A stretch of 64,000 bases of DNA, taken from NCBI GenBank assembly GCA_050015075.1, contig JBEKCB010000001.1, positions 64,001-128,000 of the forward strand. Direction: 5' to 3'. Below the pieces are notes generated by a model. It searched no databases. It was not told the DNA's origin and worked only from the letters and a program-made list of their open reading frames with translations. This DNA comes from Candidatus Brocadiia bacterium (GTDB taxonomy: Bacteria; Planctomycetota; Brocadiia; CAIUPP01). This document shows positions 28,373-37,774 of this stretch, one piece after another; the first letter of the stretch is position 1, and the number at the start of each line of letters is the position of its first letter. A program made the position numbers and the translations under genes.

Positions 28373-30022
28373 CTATTCGAATGCCACCTCATGGAAGTCC
28401 ACCTGGTTGACCGACGTGCCGACATCCATCGGCGTCAATTCCAGGCCGCGGACGTACGGCTTGACGAGCAGGTGGGTTCGGCCGTGCGAGAGGAAGATCC
28501 ACGGCGCGTCCTGGACGATGATCGCCTCCGCCTCGCGCAGCAGCGCGAGACGTTTTTCCGGCTGGAGTTCGCGCCGCGAACGGTCGAGCAGGTCGTCCAC
28601 CTGCGCGTTCGAGTAGCGGGCGCGGTTGCCCGCGGAGCCGGCCAGGCTGCTGTGAAAAATCCGCAGGAAGCTTTCCGCGTCGGGAAAATCCGCCGCCCAG
28701 ATCAGGCGGAAGAGGTCCGGCTCGTCCTGGTTCGTCGCCTCGAGCAGCGCCGCGAGGTCCAGCGCGCGCAACTGGACGTGGATGCCGATCCGCTGGAAGT
28801 CCGCCTGCACCGCCTGCGCCACCGCCGCGCCGGGCGGACGGGAATTGAAATACAGCGTCATCTCCGGCAACCGCTCGACCGGCTCCAGGCCCGGACCGTA
28901 GCCGGCCTCGCGCAGTTCGCTCCTCGCGCGGTCGGGGTCGTAGGAATATCCCGGCAGCGCCGGATCGAACGCAGGCGTCTCGGGCGGCAGCATGCCCTTG
29001 GCCGGCGCGCTCTCGCCGCCGAGAACTTTTTCGCAGAGGAATTGTCGGTCCACGGCGTAGTTCAGCGCGCGGCGCAGGTGGACGTTCGAGCCCCACGGCC
29101 GGTGCGACATCGCGAAACCCAGGTACTGCGTGCTGAGCGTGGCTGTCGAGCGCAACTGGCCCTTCAGCGGGCCGGACTGCACCTCCTTCAGGAATCCCTC
29201 CGGCACCGCGCAGTGCTCCAGCCCACCGGCCAGGTACTCCTGCCAGGCGACCAATGACTCCTTGATGACGCGGAACCGCAGTCCGGCGAGTTTCGCGGGG
29301 CCGCCAAAGTACTGGTCGTTCCGCGCCAGGACGACGGCGTCGTGATCGCGCCAGAAGACGAACCGGAACGGCCCCGTCCCGACCGGCCGCCGCCCGAAGT
29401 TTTCGCCGCCGCGCTCAGCACCGAAACATTCGCGCGGGACGATCGCGGCGTTGCCCATCGCGAGCAGTTGGAGCATCAGCATCGGGCTGAAGGCGTCCTT
29501 CAACCGCAGCACGACGGTATGCGCGTCAGGCGTCTCGAGCCCGGCGAGCGACCGCGCCTTTCCGTCCCGCAGCTCGCGCGTCCCGGCGATCGGCTCGACG
29601 ACCCATGCCCTCTGCGAGGCGGTCTCCGGACGCAGCAGCCGCTCGAACGAAAACCGCACGTCGTCGGCGACCATCTCGCGCCCGTTATGGAACCGCACGC
29701 CCTTCCGCAGCGTGAACGTATAGGTCAGCCCGTCGTCGGAGACCTTCCAGCTCTCGGCCAGATCGGGGACCGGCTGAAGTTTCGAGTCGAGCTTCACGAG
29801 GTTGTTGAAAATCCGCCGCGCGACCCCTTCGGAATTGACATCCGTGAACAGCGCCGGGTCGAGCGTGACGGGATTGTCCGTCAGCGGCAGGCGGTAGTAG
29901 CCATCGGCAGGCGGGCGGGACTCCGTCTCGCGTTCGCCGCAGCCGGCCAGAAGAAGCCCCGCGACCGTTACGGCGAACAACGCACGCTGCAATAATGTCA
30001 TACGCATGAAGCCTTGTCGCAA
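28373..30022 (-). CDS. ABC peptide/nickel substrate-binding lipoprotein (SBP family 5)
   Basis: Lipobox LAGC; TLDPA, PDLAESW, YTFTLRKGVRFHNG, PVGTGPF, RRALNYAVDR. True start may be ATG 30007 or 30001. Confidence 0.93.
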   Translation of the reverse strand: MRQGFMRMTLLQRALFAVTVAGLLLAGCGERETESRPPADGYYRLPLTDNPVTLDPALFTDVNSEGVARRIFNNLVKLDSKLQPVPDLAESWKVSDDGLTYTFTLRKGVRFHNGREMVADDVRFSFERLLRPETASQRAWVVEPIAGTRELRDGKARSLAGLETPDAHTVVLRLKDAFSPMLMLQLLAMGNAAIVPRECFGAERGGENFGRRPVGTGPFRFVFWRDHDAVVLARNDQYFGGPAKLAGLRFRVIKESLVAWQEYLAGGLEHCAVPEGFLKEVQSGPLKGQLRSTATLSTQYLGFAMSHRPWGSNVHLRRALNYAVDRQFLCEKVLGGESAPAKGMLPPETPAFDPALPGYSYDPDRARSELREAGYGPGLEPVERLPEMTLYFNSRPPGAAVAQAVQADFQRIGIHVQLRALDLAALLEATNQDEPDLFRLIWAADFPDAESFLRIFHSSLAGSAGNRARYSNAQVDDLLDRSRRELQPEKRLALLREAEAIIVQDAPWIFLSHGRTHLLVKPYVRGLELTPMDVGTSVNQVDFHEVAFE

Positions 30023-30094
30023 GGCCGTGATCGCGGGCGCGTGGGAATCATCACCGGGGAGTATACCGGCCGTTTGCGCGCCGCTCGAAAACCT

Positions 30095-30364
30095 CTACAG
30101 TCTCCGGATAAGGCTGTCGTAATCAGCGTGAGAGCCGATCCAGAACCAGACGACCGTGTCGCCCTGGAGAAGTCCCATGGCTCGCCAGCCGATGCCCACG
30201 CGCACGGCGTAAGCAGGTTGCCTCTTTCCAACACGTTTGAAGCCAAGTCCGGGGTGTGACGGGTTCCTCTTCCACAGCTTGAAGTTCTTTCGGGCAAGGC
30301 GTTGAATTCGTTGAGGGAGCCTGCGAAAGCAGACGATGAAGTCTTGAGTGAGGTGCGATTTCAC
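30095..30364 (-). CDS. RelE/ParE-superfamily putative toxin
   Basis: Basic 89 aa; F..LP..IQ..ARKNF.LW..NPSHPGL.FK, VRVG..WRA, WFWIGSHADYD. Confidence 0.8.
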   Translation of the reverse strand: MKSHLTQDFIVCFRRLPQRIQRLARKNFKLWKRNPSHPGLGFKRVGKRQPAYAVRVGIGWRAMGLLQGDTVVWFWIGSHADYDSLIRRL

Positions 30365-30579
30365 AAATCGTCGAAGCCCATTGCCCGGGTCCGGCCGGCC
30401 TTGTACTCCTTCGCGGCCTTCTCGGCCAACTGGTCCACTTTATCCCGAGACTTGGCGAGCGTTTCACCCCAGCGCGATTCCCACACCAATTCGTCCAGAA
30501 ATTCCTGCGCAAATTGGTCTTGCAGGTTGTCCGGAAGCTTGGATGCTTTCTGAAACACCTTGGTCAGCAGCCTTGTCAT
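30361..30579 (-). CDS. Putative antitoxin
   Basis: 72 aa with 4-bp overlap with the toxin; GAGGTGAGG RBS; own promoter TTGACA-N17-TAGACT at 30630-30658. Confidence 0.75.
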   Translation of the reverse strand: MTRLLTKVFQKASKLPDNLQDQFAQEFLDELVWESRWGETLAKSRDKVDQLAEKAAKEYKAGRTRAMGFDDL

Positions 30580-30678
30580 AACCTCACCTCGACACCGCGC
30601 TATTGAATCAAAACAACTTTAACAACTTGAGTCTATCGCCTGTAGTTTGCCGTGTCAATATTCAGCCCCGTGTTCGCT

Positions 30679-33231
30679 TCACCCCCAGACAATCATCCCC
30701 GGCTCGAACGGATGAACAAGGTCGGGATGGAACGGCAGGACGCGGACGGCGAATCCGCGGCGGCCGCTGTGCGTGCACGGCATGGAGCAGCGGTACGTGT
30801 AGATTCCGTCGCTAGGCTTTTCGTCCGCCGTCATCGGCGTGTAAACGGCCTCTTCGAGCTGGTCCTCGGCGGCGAGCGCGCCGAGGCCGAGCTGGACCTG
30901 GACCTCGTCGGGCCGCAGCTCTCCGAGCCACACGCGGGCGACGACCTCGATCGGGTCGCCGACGAGGAGCGCGTTGTCCACGGTGGACTTCACGTCCTCG
31001 ACGCGGATGCCGCTCCATCGCTGGCGGATGCGCTGGCGCCAGGCGGCCAGGGCTCGCGCCCGCGCGGGGCCGTCGGCGGCGAGCGCCTGGAACCGCTGGC
31101 CCGCGTCCAGGTAGTAATCGCGCACGTAGTCGGCGGTCATGCGGTTGGTGTTGAAGTACGAGCCGATCAGGTGCATGGAGCGTTTCATCCGGGCGATCCA
31201 GCGCCGCGGCAGGCCGTCGCGGCCGCGCTCGTAGAAGAGCGGCACCACTTCCTGCTCGAGGATGTCGTACAGCGCGCCGCTCTCGACGGCGTCCTGCTGC
31301 TCCGGGCTCTCGTATTTTTCGCCATGTCCGATCACCCACCCTACTTCGGGCGTGTAGCCTTCGCACCACCAACCGTCGAACGTGCTGACGTTGAGCGCGC
31401 CGTTCGCGGCGGCCTTCATGCCGCTGGTGCCGGAAGCCTCCAGCGGCGGCCTCGGCACGTTGAGCCACACGTCCGCGCCCTGCACCAGGTAGCGCGCCAC
31501 GTTGATGTCGTAGTCCTCGAGGAAGATCATCCGGTTGCGGAACCCTTCGCCCCGGACGAAATGGTTGAGTTCCTTGATCAGTTGCTTGCCGGGCGTGTCC
31601 ATCGGATGGGCCTTGCCCGCGAAGATGATCTGCACCGGGCGTTTCGGGTCGTTGAGCAGCCTGCGCAGGCGTTCCGGGTCTTTGAGAAGCAGCGTGCCGC
31701 GCTTGTACTCCGCGAAGCGCCGGGCGAACCCGATGGTGAGCGCCTCGGGATCGAAGACCTGTTCCACCTCGTCCACGACGTAGGGCGGCGCGCCGTGGCG
31801 CTGCGCCTGCTGGCGGAGGCGCTTGCGCGCGAACCAGACGAGCCGCTCGCGCCGGCGCTCGTGCGTGCGCCAGATCTCGGTGTCGGGGATGGTCTCCACG
31901 CCGGTCCATACCGAAAAGTCCATCGGCTCCTCGAGGAACCGCGGCCCCAGGTAGCGGTCGAGCAGCTCGGTCATGTCGTGGCTGAGCCATGACCGCGTGT
32001 GGATGCCGTTGGTGATGCTGCCGATCGGCACGTCGTCGGTGGGAAGTCCCGGCCACAGGTGATGCCAGAGCCCGCGCGAGACTCGGCCGTGCAGGGCGCT
32101 GACGCCGTTGCAGTGAGCGGCCAGGCGCAGCGCGAGCACGGTCAGGCAGAATTCCTCGTTCGGGTTCTTCGGGTCCTCGCGGCCGAGCGCGACGAATTCT
32201 TCCCAGCTTATGCCGATGTTCTTGATGTAGGCGCCCAGGCGCCGGTTGAGCAGGTCCACGTCGAACCGCTCGTTCCCGGCGGGCACCGGCGTGTGCGTGG
32301 TGAAGACGTTCGTCGCCCAGACCACCTCGCGCGCCTCGGCGCGGGTGAGATGGTAGCGCTCCATGATCTGCCGCAGCCGCTCGACGGCCAGGAACGCGCT
32401 GTGTCCCTCGTTCATGTGGCAGACGCTCGGCTCGATGCCCATGACCGTCAGCGCGCGCAAGCCGCCGATGCCCAGGAGAATCTCCTGGCGCAGGCGCATG
32501 TCGCGGTCGCCCACATACAGGCGCGTGGTGATCGCGCGCTGCCCCGGCTCGTTCTCCGGCAGGTCCGTATCCAGCAGGAACAGCGGCACGCGGCCGACCT
32601 GCACGCGCCAGAGGTGGAAGTGCACCGTCTCGCTGTCGAGCTCGATCTGCCCGCGCACCGGCTTGCCCGCCGCGTCCGAGACCAGCGTCACCGGCATGTT
32701 GTACCAGTCGTTCCGGGGATACGCCTCCTGCTGCCAGCCGTCGGCGGAGAGGTATTGCTTCAGGTACCCTTCGCGGTAGAGCAGCCCCACCGCGACGAGC
32801 GGCAGGCCCAGGTCGCTGGCGGATTTCAGGTGGTCGCCGGCGAGGACGCCCAGGCCGCCGGAGTAGATCGGCAGGCCGACGTCAATCCCGAACTCGGTGG
32901 AGAAGTAGGCGATCGTCCGGCCGGTGGCGTTCGGATAGGTCTTGCTGAACCAGGTCGGCGCGTTCATGTAGGCGCGGAACTGCGCGTGGACGCGGTTCAT
33001 CGTCGCCAGGAACCCCTCGTCGCGCGCGAGTTCCTCGAACCGCTCCTGCGGCACCACGCCGAGCATCAGCGCCGGGTTCTGATACGTTTTGTCCCAGTAC
33101 TCCACGTCCATGCGGATGAAGAGCTGGACCGCTTCCCAGTTCCAACTGAACCAGATGTTGTACGCGATGTCGCGCAGCGGGTCGAGCGCTTTCGGCAGCT
33201 TGGGCAGGACATTGAAGGCGCGGACTTTCAT
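30679..33231 (-). CDS. glgP: Alpha-glucan (glycogen) phosphorylase
   Basis: YSGGLGVLAGD, NEGHSAF, TTHTPVPAG, ARRFAEYKR, EASGTSGMK. Confidence 0.98.
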   Translation of the reverse strand: MKVRAFNVLPKLPKALDPLRDIAYNIWFSWNWEAVQLFIRMDVEYWDKTYQNPALMLGVVPQERFEELARDEGFLATMNRVHAQFRAYMNAPTWFSKTYPNATGRTIAYFSTEFGIDVGLPIYSGGLGVLAGDHLKSASDLGLPLVAVGLLYREGYLKQYLSADGWQQEAYPRNDWYNMPVTLVSDAAGKPVRGQIELDSETVHFHLWRVQVGRVPLFLLDTDLPENEPGQRAITTRLYVGDRDMRLRQEILLGIGGLRALTVMGIEPSVCHMNEGHSAFLAVERLRQIMERYHLTRAEAREVVWATNVFTTHTPVPAGNERFDVDLLNRRLGAYIKNIGISWEEFVALGREDPKNPNEEFCLTVLALRLAAHCNGVSALHGRVSRGLWHHLWPGLPTDDVPIGSITNGIHTRSWLSHDMTELLDRYLGPRFLEEPMDFSVWTGVETIPDTEIWRTHERRRERLVWFARKRLRQQAQRHGAPPYVVDEVEQVFDPEALTIGFARRFAEYKRGTLLLKDPERLRRLLNDPKRPVQIIFAGKAHPMDTPGKQLIKELNHFVRGEGFRNRMIFLEDYDINVARYLVQGADVWLNVPRPPLEASGTSGMKAAANGALNVSTFDGWWCEGYTPEVGWVIGHGEKYESPEQQDAVESGALYDILEQEVVPLFYERGRDGLPRRWIARMKRSMHLIGSYFNTNRMTADYVRDYYLDAGQRFQALAADGPARARALAAWRQRIRQRWSGIRVEDVKSTVDNALLVGDPIEVVARVWLGELRPDEVQVQLGLGALAAEDQLEEAVYTPMTADEKPSDGIYTYRCSMPCTHSGRRGFAVRVLPFHPDLVHPFEPGMIVWG

Positions 33232-33401
33232 GGATTTCCCCTCACTGGATCAGGAGTTCCTTCTCGCAACCGCACTGGCTCCTAATCATTATCGTCGCTT
33301 TCGCGGTAAACAGAAGGCCGGCGATTACGATTTTGAGCAAGATGGCGATTGCGAAGGCCGCCGTGCAACGCGGCGCATTGTGCCATCGGCCCGGAGCACT
33401 G

Positions 33402-34289
33402 TCAAGACAGCAGTTTCGCCAGCCGGATGAACTGCGCCACGGTGAACTGCTCGCAGCGTTCCGCTTCCGTCGCGCCGATTTCCGCGAGGAGAAGCACGGC
33501 GGCCTCGCGATCTTTCACGCGCCTGGCCATCAGCAGGCTGCGCGCCGCCTGCTTGCGGCGGTGGCGGAAGAGGTCGCTCGCAACCTGCCGGAGTTTCTCC
33601 AGGTCGCCGGCCGCCGCACGGAGTTCCGCGTCGGGGCGGACGCGCAAGATGCTGCTGTCCACTTCCGGCTGCGGCCAGAACGCGCCCGGGCTGACGCGCC
33701 GCAGCACTTGCGTCCGCGCCGTGGCCTGGACAATGACGGAGAGATATCCGTACGCCTCCGTGCCGGGCGCCGCGCAGATGCGATCGGCGACTTCGCGTTG
33801 AACGGTCACAACCATCTCGCACGGGACCGGGCCTTGCAGCAGCAGCGCGGAGATGACCGCCGTGCTGACCGCGTACGGCAGGTTCGCCACGAGTTTGAGG
33901 CGCGCGCCCGGGATGGAATCCATCGCGGCGGCGACCGCGTCGCGCACTTCCGGCGCGAGCGCCGCTCCCGGGCCCATGGCGTCGGCGTGGATGAGCCGCA
34001 CGTTCGGCAGGCCCGCCAGCCGCTCCTCCGCCAGCGCGTGCAGCTTGCGGTCCACCTCGACGGCGACCACCACGCCGGCGGCTTCCGCCAGGCAGCCGGT
34101 CAGCCCGCCGGTCCCGGCGCCGATCTCGAGCGCCACGTCGCGCCGGTCGAGCTCAGCCTCCTCGACGACCCGCCGCATCAGCGCCGCGTCCACCAGGAAG
34201 TTCTGCCCGCGTACCCGGCTCGGCCGGATCCCGCGCGCCGTGAACAGCGCCTTCAGCTCGGCGGCCGTCGGGATGGAGCTTGTCGTCAT
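33402..34289 (-). CDS. rsmA: 16S rRNA m6,2A dimethyltransferase
   Basis: GQNFL, LEIGAGTG, VANLPY, VQREVA, FWPQPEVDS. Confidence 0.95.
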   Translation of the reverse strand: MTTSSIPTAAELKALFTARGIRPSRVRGQNFLVDAALMRRVVEEAELDRRDVALEIGAGTGGLTGCLAEAAGVVVAVEVDRKLHALAEERLAGLPNVRLIHADAMGPGAALAPEVRDAVAAAMDSIPGARLKLVANLPYAVSTAVISALLLQGPVPCEMVVTVQREVADRICAAPGTEAYGYLSVIVQATARTQVLRRVSPGAFWPQPEVDSSILRVRPDAELRAAAGDLEKLRQVASDLFRHRRKQAARSLLMARRVKDREAAVLLLAEIGATEAERCEQFTVAQFIRLAKLLS

Positions 34290-35209
34290 GCGTTGACCTG
34301 CGGAATATTCTGCGCGGGCCGGCGCCGGAAAACCAATGCCAGCCCAATTAGACCGATTGCCGTAAGCTCCGCGCCCAACGTGTCGAGCCAGAGCGGTTGA
34401 ACCAAGCCTGGAGGGAGTCGAGCCGAATAGCCGGGAATCATCCAGGGGAAAGCGCCCATCGTGACGAGCGTCGGCTTGAGGTTAATCAACGCGTGGAATA
34501 TTACGCACGGCCAGAGCGATCGGGTCCGCACGTAAATCCATCCAGCGAGGAGGCCGGCGAAGAAGGCCCCGACTAATTGAAACGGATTACGGTGGAAAAG
34601 CGCGAACAGCACGGCCGATACCAGGATTGCCGTCGGCGCTGAGTATCGCCGCAGCAATCCGCCGAGTATGAGTCCGCGGAAAACGGCCTCCTCGATGAGA
34701 GGCGTAACCCCCACCACGGAGAGGAGTTCGATCGGAGGCGCCCGGCGGTGCACCGAGAACAGTTTGACAAGCCGGTCGGGTAGCGCGAAGAACCAATACG
34801 GCACGCGACCAGCTTCGGGATTCAGAATGCCAAACCCCGCCGCCGCAACGATCATCGGAAGCAGGAGCCACCCGCTGAAACGCTTCAGGCTCAGCGCCTC
34901 ACTCCAGGAACTGGAGGTCTTGCGGAAGCCGAAGTTCAGCAGAACGACGGCAGCGGCACATCTGACCCCGAGGTACATAAGGTCACTGAACATGTGCGAT
35001 AGCTTTATCAGTATCGCAAATACTGCTACGATCCGCGACATGCCATAGAGCAAACCCATAAAAATCGCCGTATAAGCAATGGCACAGAAGATCCCCATGG
35101 CAGGAGGCTTTTCCGAGAGCGGCTGAGACTTGGGATGTTCGGCCGATACCGATGGCGGCACCTGAGCCGTGCCGCCGCCAGCCGCTTTTGTCGGAAGATC
35201 GCTATCCAT
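34286..35209 (-). CDS. CPBP/Abi family intramembrane metalloprotease
   Basis: EEAVFRG, FALFH, HALIN motifs; multi-TM; lower GC in the 5' part. Confidence 0.88.
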   Translation of the reverse strand: MDSDLPTKAAGGGTAQVPPSVSAEHPKSQPLSEKPPAMGIFCAIAYTAIFMGLLYGMSRIVAVFAILIKLSHMFSDLMYLGVRCAAAVVLLNFGFRKTSSSWSEALSLKRFSGWLLLPMIVAAAGFGILNPEAGRVPYWFFALPDRLVKLFSVHRRAPPIELLSVVGVTPLIEEAVFRGLILGGLLRRYSAPTAILVSAVLFALFHRNPFQLVGAFFAGLLAGWIYVRTRSLWPCVIFHALINLKPTLVTMGAFPWMIPGYSARLPPGLVQPLWLDTLGAELTAIGLIGLALVFRRRPAQNIPQVNA

Positions 35210-36200
35210 GCCTTCGCGCCATGTCCGCGGCGAGCAGTATTGCGGCAATCATGCTGCCGGGATCGGCTGTTCCCTGGCGCACGATGTCGTACGCCGTGCC
35301 GTGGTCGGGCGAAGTGCGGATGATCGGCAGCCCGAGCGTGACGTTCACGCCGCTGTCGAACGCCAGCATCTTGACCGGGATGCACGCCTGGTCGTGGAAC
35401 ATGGCGACGAAAGCGTCGTGGCGCGCGCGGAGCTTCGGCGTGAAGGCCGCGTCGGCCGGGATCGGGCCGTCGCAGGCGATGCCTTCGCGCCGCGCCTGCC
35501 GGATCGCCGGCGCGATGGACTTCGCTTCCTCGCGGCCGAACAGCCCCGCCTCGCCCGCGTGCGGATTCAGCCCGCAGACGGCGATGCGCGGCTTCCGCAG
35601 CCCGAACCATCGGCGCAGGTCTCGATGGACGATGCGGATCGTATCGAGCACGTTCTTCCGTGTGATGAGCCCGGGCAGATCCTTGATCGCCGCGTGCGTC
35701 GTCACCAGCGCCACGCGCAGCCCGCCGCCGGCCATCATCATCACCGGCTTGCGGACGCCGGCGCTCTCGGCGATCATCTCGGTGTGGCCGGGCCAGTCAT
35801 AGCCTGCTTTGTGGAGCGCCTCTTTGCTGATCGGCGCGGTCACGACCGCGTCAATCCGGCGGTCGAGCGCCATCTGGACGGCGCACTCGATCCACGCCGC
35901 CGAGGCGGCGCCGCCCGCGGCGGTGGGACGGCCGAGCAGCGCCAGCCGGCCCGGACATTCTCCGCACTCCATCAGGAATGGGCCCGCATCGCGTCCGATC
36001 GGCTCGTCGGTGACGCCGCGGAGCCTCACCGCATGAAGATCAAGTTCACGCGCGACGCGATGCAGAACCGCCGCGCTTCCAAAGACCATGAACCGCGCTG
36101 CCGCCCGCACCCGCCGGTCGGCCAGCGCGCGAAGGACCACCTCCGGCCCGATGCCGCTGGGGTCGCCGATCGTGATGCCGATGAGCGGCTTGCGCGACAT
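35202..36200 (-). CDS. pdxA: 4-hydroxythreonine-4-phosphate dehydrogenase
   Basis: GDPSGIGPE, TAPISK, GHTE, GLNPHAGE, MFHDQ, RTSPDHGTA. Confidence 0.97.
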   Translation of the reverse strand: MSRKPLIGITIGDPSGIGPEVVLRALADRRVRAAARFMVFGSAAVLHRVARELDLHAVRLRGVTDEPIGRDAGPFLMECGECPGRLALLGRPTAAGGAASAAWIECAVQMALDRRIDAVVTAPISKEALHKAGYDWPGHTEMIAESAGVRKPVMMMAGGGLRVALVTTHAAIKDLPGLITRKNVLDTIRIVHRDLRRWFGLRKPRIAVCGLNPHAGEAGLFGREEAKSIAPAIRQARREGIACDGPIPADAAFTPKLRARHDAFVAMFHDQACIPVKMLAFDSGVNVTLGLPIIRTSPDHGTAYDIVRQGTADPGSMIAAILLAADMARRHG

Positions 36201-36236
36201 GGTTGCGCATTCCTCCACTTCGTCCGCGTGCTGGAC

Positions 36237-36300
36237 CTCGTCCTCGTCCTCGTCGTCGTCCTCGAACTCGAACGAACGGGACGACCGAGGACGCGGACGA
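36237..36300. repeat. Hexamer (CTCGTC) tandem repeat with degenerate inverted arm
   Basis: CTCGTC CTCGTC CTCGTC GTCGTC CTCGAA CTCGAA ... GACGAC CGAGGA CGCGGA CGA. Confidence 0.65.
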
Positions 36301-36309
36301 TAGAGACCC

Positions 36310-36969
36310 CTATTTGAATCCGTGCTCTTCCAAAAACCCTTCCGTCAGCCGCCCGGACGGCATGACGCCGCGCCCGCCGCGCGAGGCGGAGAGGAACCGG
36401 GCCACGTACTTTCCGATCACGTCGAGTTCCAGGTTCACCCGGTCGCCGGCGGACTTCCTGCGGAGCGTGGTGTGGTCGAGCGTGTGCGGGATGACCGCGA
36501 CGGAGAACCGGTCCGGCGCGACCTCGGCCAACGTCAGGCTGATGCCGTCCACCGCGATGGAGCCTTTGAGGATCAAGCACGAGAGTATCTCCGGCGCGGC
36601 GGAGACCGCCAGCGTGACCTGGCCGGGCGAGGCTTCCAGCCGTTCGATCCGGCCGACGCCGTCCACGTGGCCGAGCACGAAATGGCCGCCCAGACGGTCG
36701 CCGACGCGGAGCGACCGTTCGAGGTTGACCTCGCCGCCGGCCGCGAGGCCGCCGAGCGTGCTGACGCGCAGCGTCTCGGCGCTCACGTCGAATTCCGCCG
36801 CGCTGCCGCCGATGCGCGCCACCGTCAGGCACGCGCCGTCCACCGAGACGCTATCGCCGATCCGAACGTCCTCGGCGAGCGCGCCCAGTTCCACCCGCAA
36901 CCGCCCGCTCGCGTCGCCGGCCGTCAGCCCGAGGACTTTGCCGGTGCCTTCGATGATCCCCGTGAACAT
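36310..36969 (-). CDS. ribE: Riboflavin synthase (alpha chain)
   Basis: MFTGII N-terminus, GACLTV, VNLERSL, GGHFVLGHVDG, VNLELD. Confidence 0.97.
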   Translation of the reverse strand: MFTGIIEGTGKVLGLTAGDASGRLRVELGALAEDVRIGDSVSVDGACLTVARIGGSAAEFDVSAETLRVSTLGGLAAGGEVNLERSLRVGDRLGGHFVLGHVDGVGRIERLEASPGQVTLAVSAAPEILSCLILKGSIAVDGISLTLAEVAPDRFSVAVIPHTLDHTTLRRKSAGDRVNLELDVIGKYVARFLSASRGGRGVMPSGRLTEGFLEEHGFK

Positions 36970-36983
36970 GCCGCGCTCCAGGC

Positions 36984-37013
36984 TTGGATATTGGAAATTG
37001 GAATTTGGATATT
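36984..37013. repeat. Heptamer tandem repeat (TTGGAWW x4)
   Basis: TTGGATA TTGGAAA TTGGAAT TTGGATA. Confidence 0.7.
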
Positions 37014-37015
37014 CC

Positions 37016-37774
37016 TCACTTCAACTTCCCATACGCCGCGTCGGCGTTGACGAAGACTTTCTGGATCTCCGCCACGATCGGCGGAAGGCCTTCCGCATTC
37101 GGAGGATAGTAACTGATGCTCATGATCGAGTAGAAGTTGTCCCTGTTGTCCAGGGTCTTGACGCTGCCGTCGTGGAACAGGATGTTGACGGAGTCGCCTG
37201 AATGCGCGGGTTCCGGATAGGGCGGACAACTGACGTCCAGCGCAAGCGCGCGCATGACTTTCCCCAGCGGGTTCTGCCCGAGCGAGTCCACGTGGAACGG
37301 GCCCGTTCCGATGCATTCCTGGCGATAGAGGTACGAGCAGTACGCGTCGCCGCCGGCTTTGCCGGCCGGCATTCCGATTCGCGCTCCGTCCACCTGATCC
37401 GAGTTGCACGTATCCAGCGCGCAAAACAGCGTGCGCGGCGCGTCCAGGTAGCGCTGCGTTACCAGCACGCCGAGGCTGTCCGGAGCGCCCGCGGCGTTGT
37501 TCCAGACCTGGTTCGTCGGGGAATCAGTCACTGCAGGGATGCAGCCGTTATAATGCTGGCAGTAGCTGAAAATCGCCATCCCGATCTGCCGGAGATTGCT
37601 TTGGCATTGCCCGATGCGCGAAATATTCCGCGCCGCCGTGATCCCCGGCACCAGCAGCGCCGCCAGCATGGCCATGATGCCGAACACGATGAGCAGTTCG
37701 ATCAGCGTAACGCCGCCTTTGCAGGACCTTCTCAAAGTCGCTCCGCCTTTATGAAAGCCGCCGTCAGAGTTCAT
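37016..37774 (-). CDS. Prepilin-type N-terminal cleavage / H-X9-DG protein (DUF1559-like)
   Basis: GVTLIELLIV, CQSNLRQIGMA, HSGDSVNILFHDGSV. Confidence 0.88.
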   Translation of the reverse strand: MNSDGGFHKGGATLRRSCKGGVTLIELLIVFGIMAMLAALLVPGITAARNISRIGQCQSNLRQIGMAIFSYCQHYNGCIPAVTDSPTNQVWNNAAGAPDSLGVLVTQRYLDAPRTLFCALDTCNSDQVDGARIGMPAGKAGGDAYCSYLYRQECIGTGPFHVDSLGQNPLGKVMRALALDVSCPPYPEPAHSGDSVNILFHDGSVKTLDNRDNFYSIMSISYYPPNAEGLPPIVAEIQKVFVNADAAYGKLK

